Source: Patescibacteria group bacterium (GTDB taxonomy: Bacteria > Patescibacteriota > Microgenomatia > Woykebacterales > JBBROZ01). Taken from it: DNA of 50,296 nucleotides. The translations under genes and the position numbers were made by a program. The first letter of the stretch is position 1. Each line of letters begins with the position of its first letter. Below are positions 50,213-50,296 of the stretch, one piece after another. The DNA is taken from positions 1 through 50,296 of the forward strand of contig JBBROZ010000001.1 in assembly GCA_038228785.1 (NCBI GenBank). Reading direction: 5' to 3'. The notes under the pieces were generated by a model. That model searched no databases and was not told where the DNA came from. It saw only the letters and a program-made list of their open reading frames with translations.

Positions 50213-50296
50213 CTACTTGACCTGCGAGTTGCGATAGTTCAGGTCGTTTTGGAGTTGCTGTTGGATGCGGTCACCGTTAGCACGGCCAGCGTAAGG
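50213..50296 (-). CDS. 3' end of an unidentified gene (partial, continues past the right edge)
   Basis: The open frame to the window edge ends ...PYAGRANGDRIQQQLQNDLNYRNSQVK followed by TAG at 50213-50215. It is too short to classify. Confidence 0.3.
   Translation of the reverse strand, partial: PYAGRANGDRIQQQLQNDLNYRNSQVK

Noticed and set aside
1-50296. CRISPR arrays, transposases/IS elements, and UGA or other stop-codon reassignment
   Set aside because: No spaced direct-repeat array or transposase-like ORF was seen. TGA, TAA and TAG all terminate well-supported genes at the expected lengths (for example, the Fic gene ends in TGA exactly at the ligase start), so the standard code applies.

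Overview
This is a gene-dense chromosomal window, about 90% coding and mostly on the minus strand. It most plausibly comes from a small-genome Candidate Phyla Radiation (Patescibacteria-like) bacterium. That placement is inference from the atypical 16S 5' region, archaeal-type enzymes, very compact overlapping operons and the gene content.

Contents, left to right:
- The 5' ~397 nt of a 16S rRNA gene (minus strand), followed by an AbrB-type antitoxin/Doc toxin pair.
- A long co-directional minus-strand block (1.7-16.1 kb) rich in DNA repair and damage control: PHP phosphoesterase, MGMT-like protein, Pcm, ATP-dependent DNA ligase, Fic, an HExxH protein and two Fpg/Nei paralogs. It continues with a GT-C glycosyltransferase, a short PolA, FtsH and TrpRS.
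- Ten tRNAs, all with encoded CCA, including tRNA-Ile(UAU) and tRNA-Arg(GCG), plus a tRNA 5' fragment.
- A Xer-type tyrosine recombinase and a LysM/NodB lipoprotein.
- A nine-gene sugar-phosphate operon: rpiB, rpe, LOG, split transketolase, class I aldolase, PfkB kinase, 2-hydroxyacid dehydrogenase and glutaredoxin.
- A small membrane-stress operon, dnaG-rpoD, comF and smpB-ssrA.
- At the right end, a cell-envelope locus.

The best candidate for a poorly described system is that right-end locus (about 42.2-50.2 kb). It holds three tandem TrbC/VirB2-like pilin paralogs, one of which carries a 12-cysteine extracellular domain. It also holds an SLT+CHAP peptidoglycan hydrolase, an Ig-like membrane protein, a VirB6/TrbL-like polytopic protein with a Cys-rich head, and a coiled-coil SpoIID-like protein. 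No relaxase or ATPase lies inside the window.

Secondary leads:
- A roughly 200-nt intergenic RNA made of five perfect hairpins with its own promoter and terminator.
- A LOG phosphoribohydrolase embedded in a transaldolase-less pentose-phosphate operon.
- A PolA that lacks the whole 3'-5' exonuclease-like domain.
- A Fic gene translationally coupled to the DNA ligase.
- A Doc toxin in which the catalytic His is replaced by Gln.

All calls come from reading the sequence and the ORF track. No database search was run.
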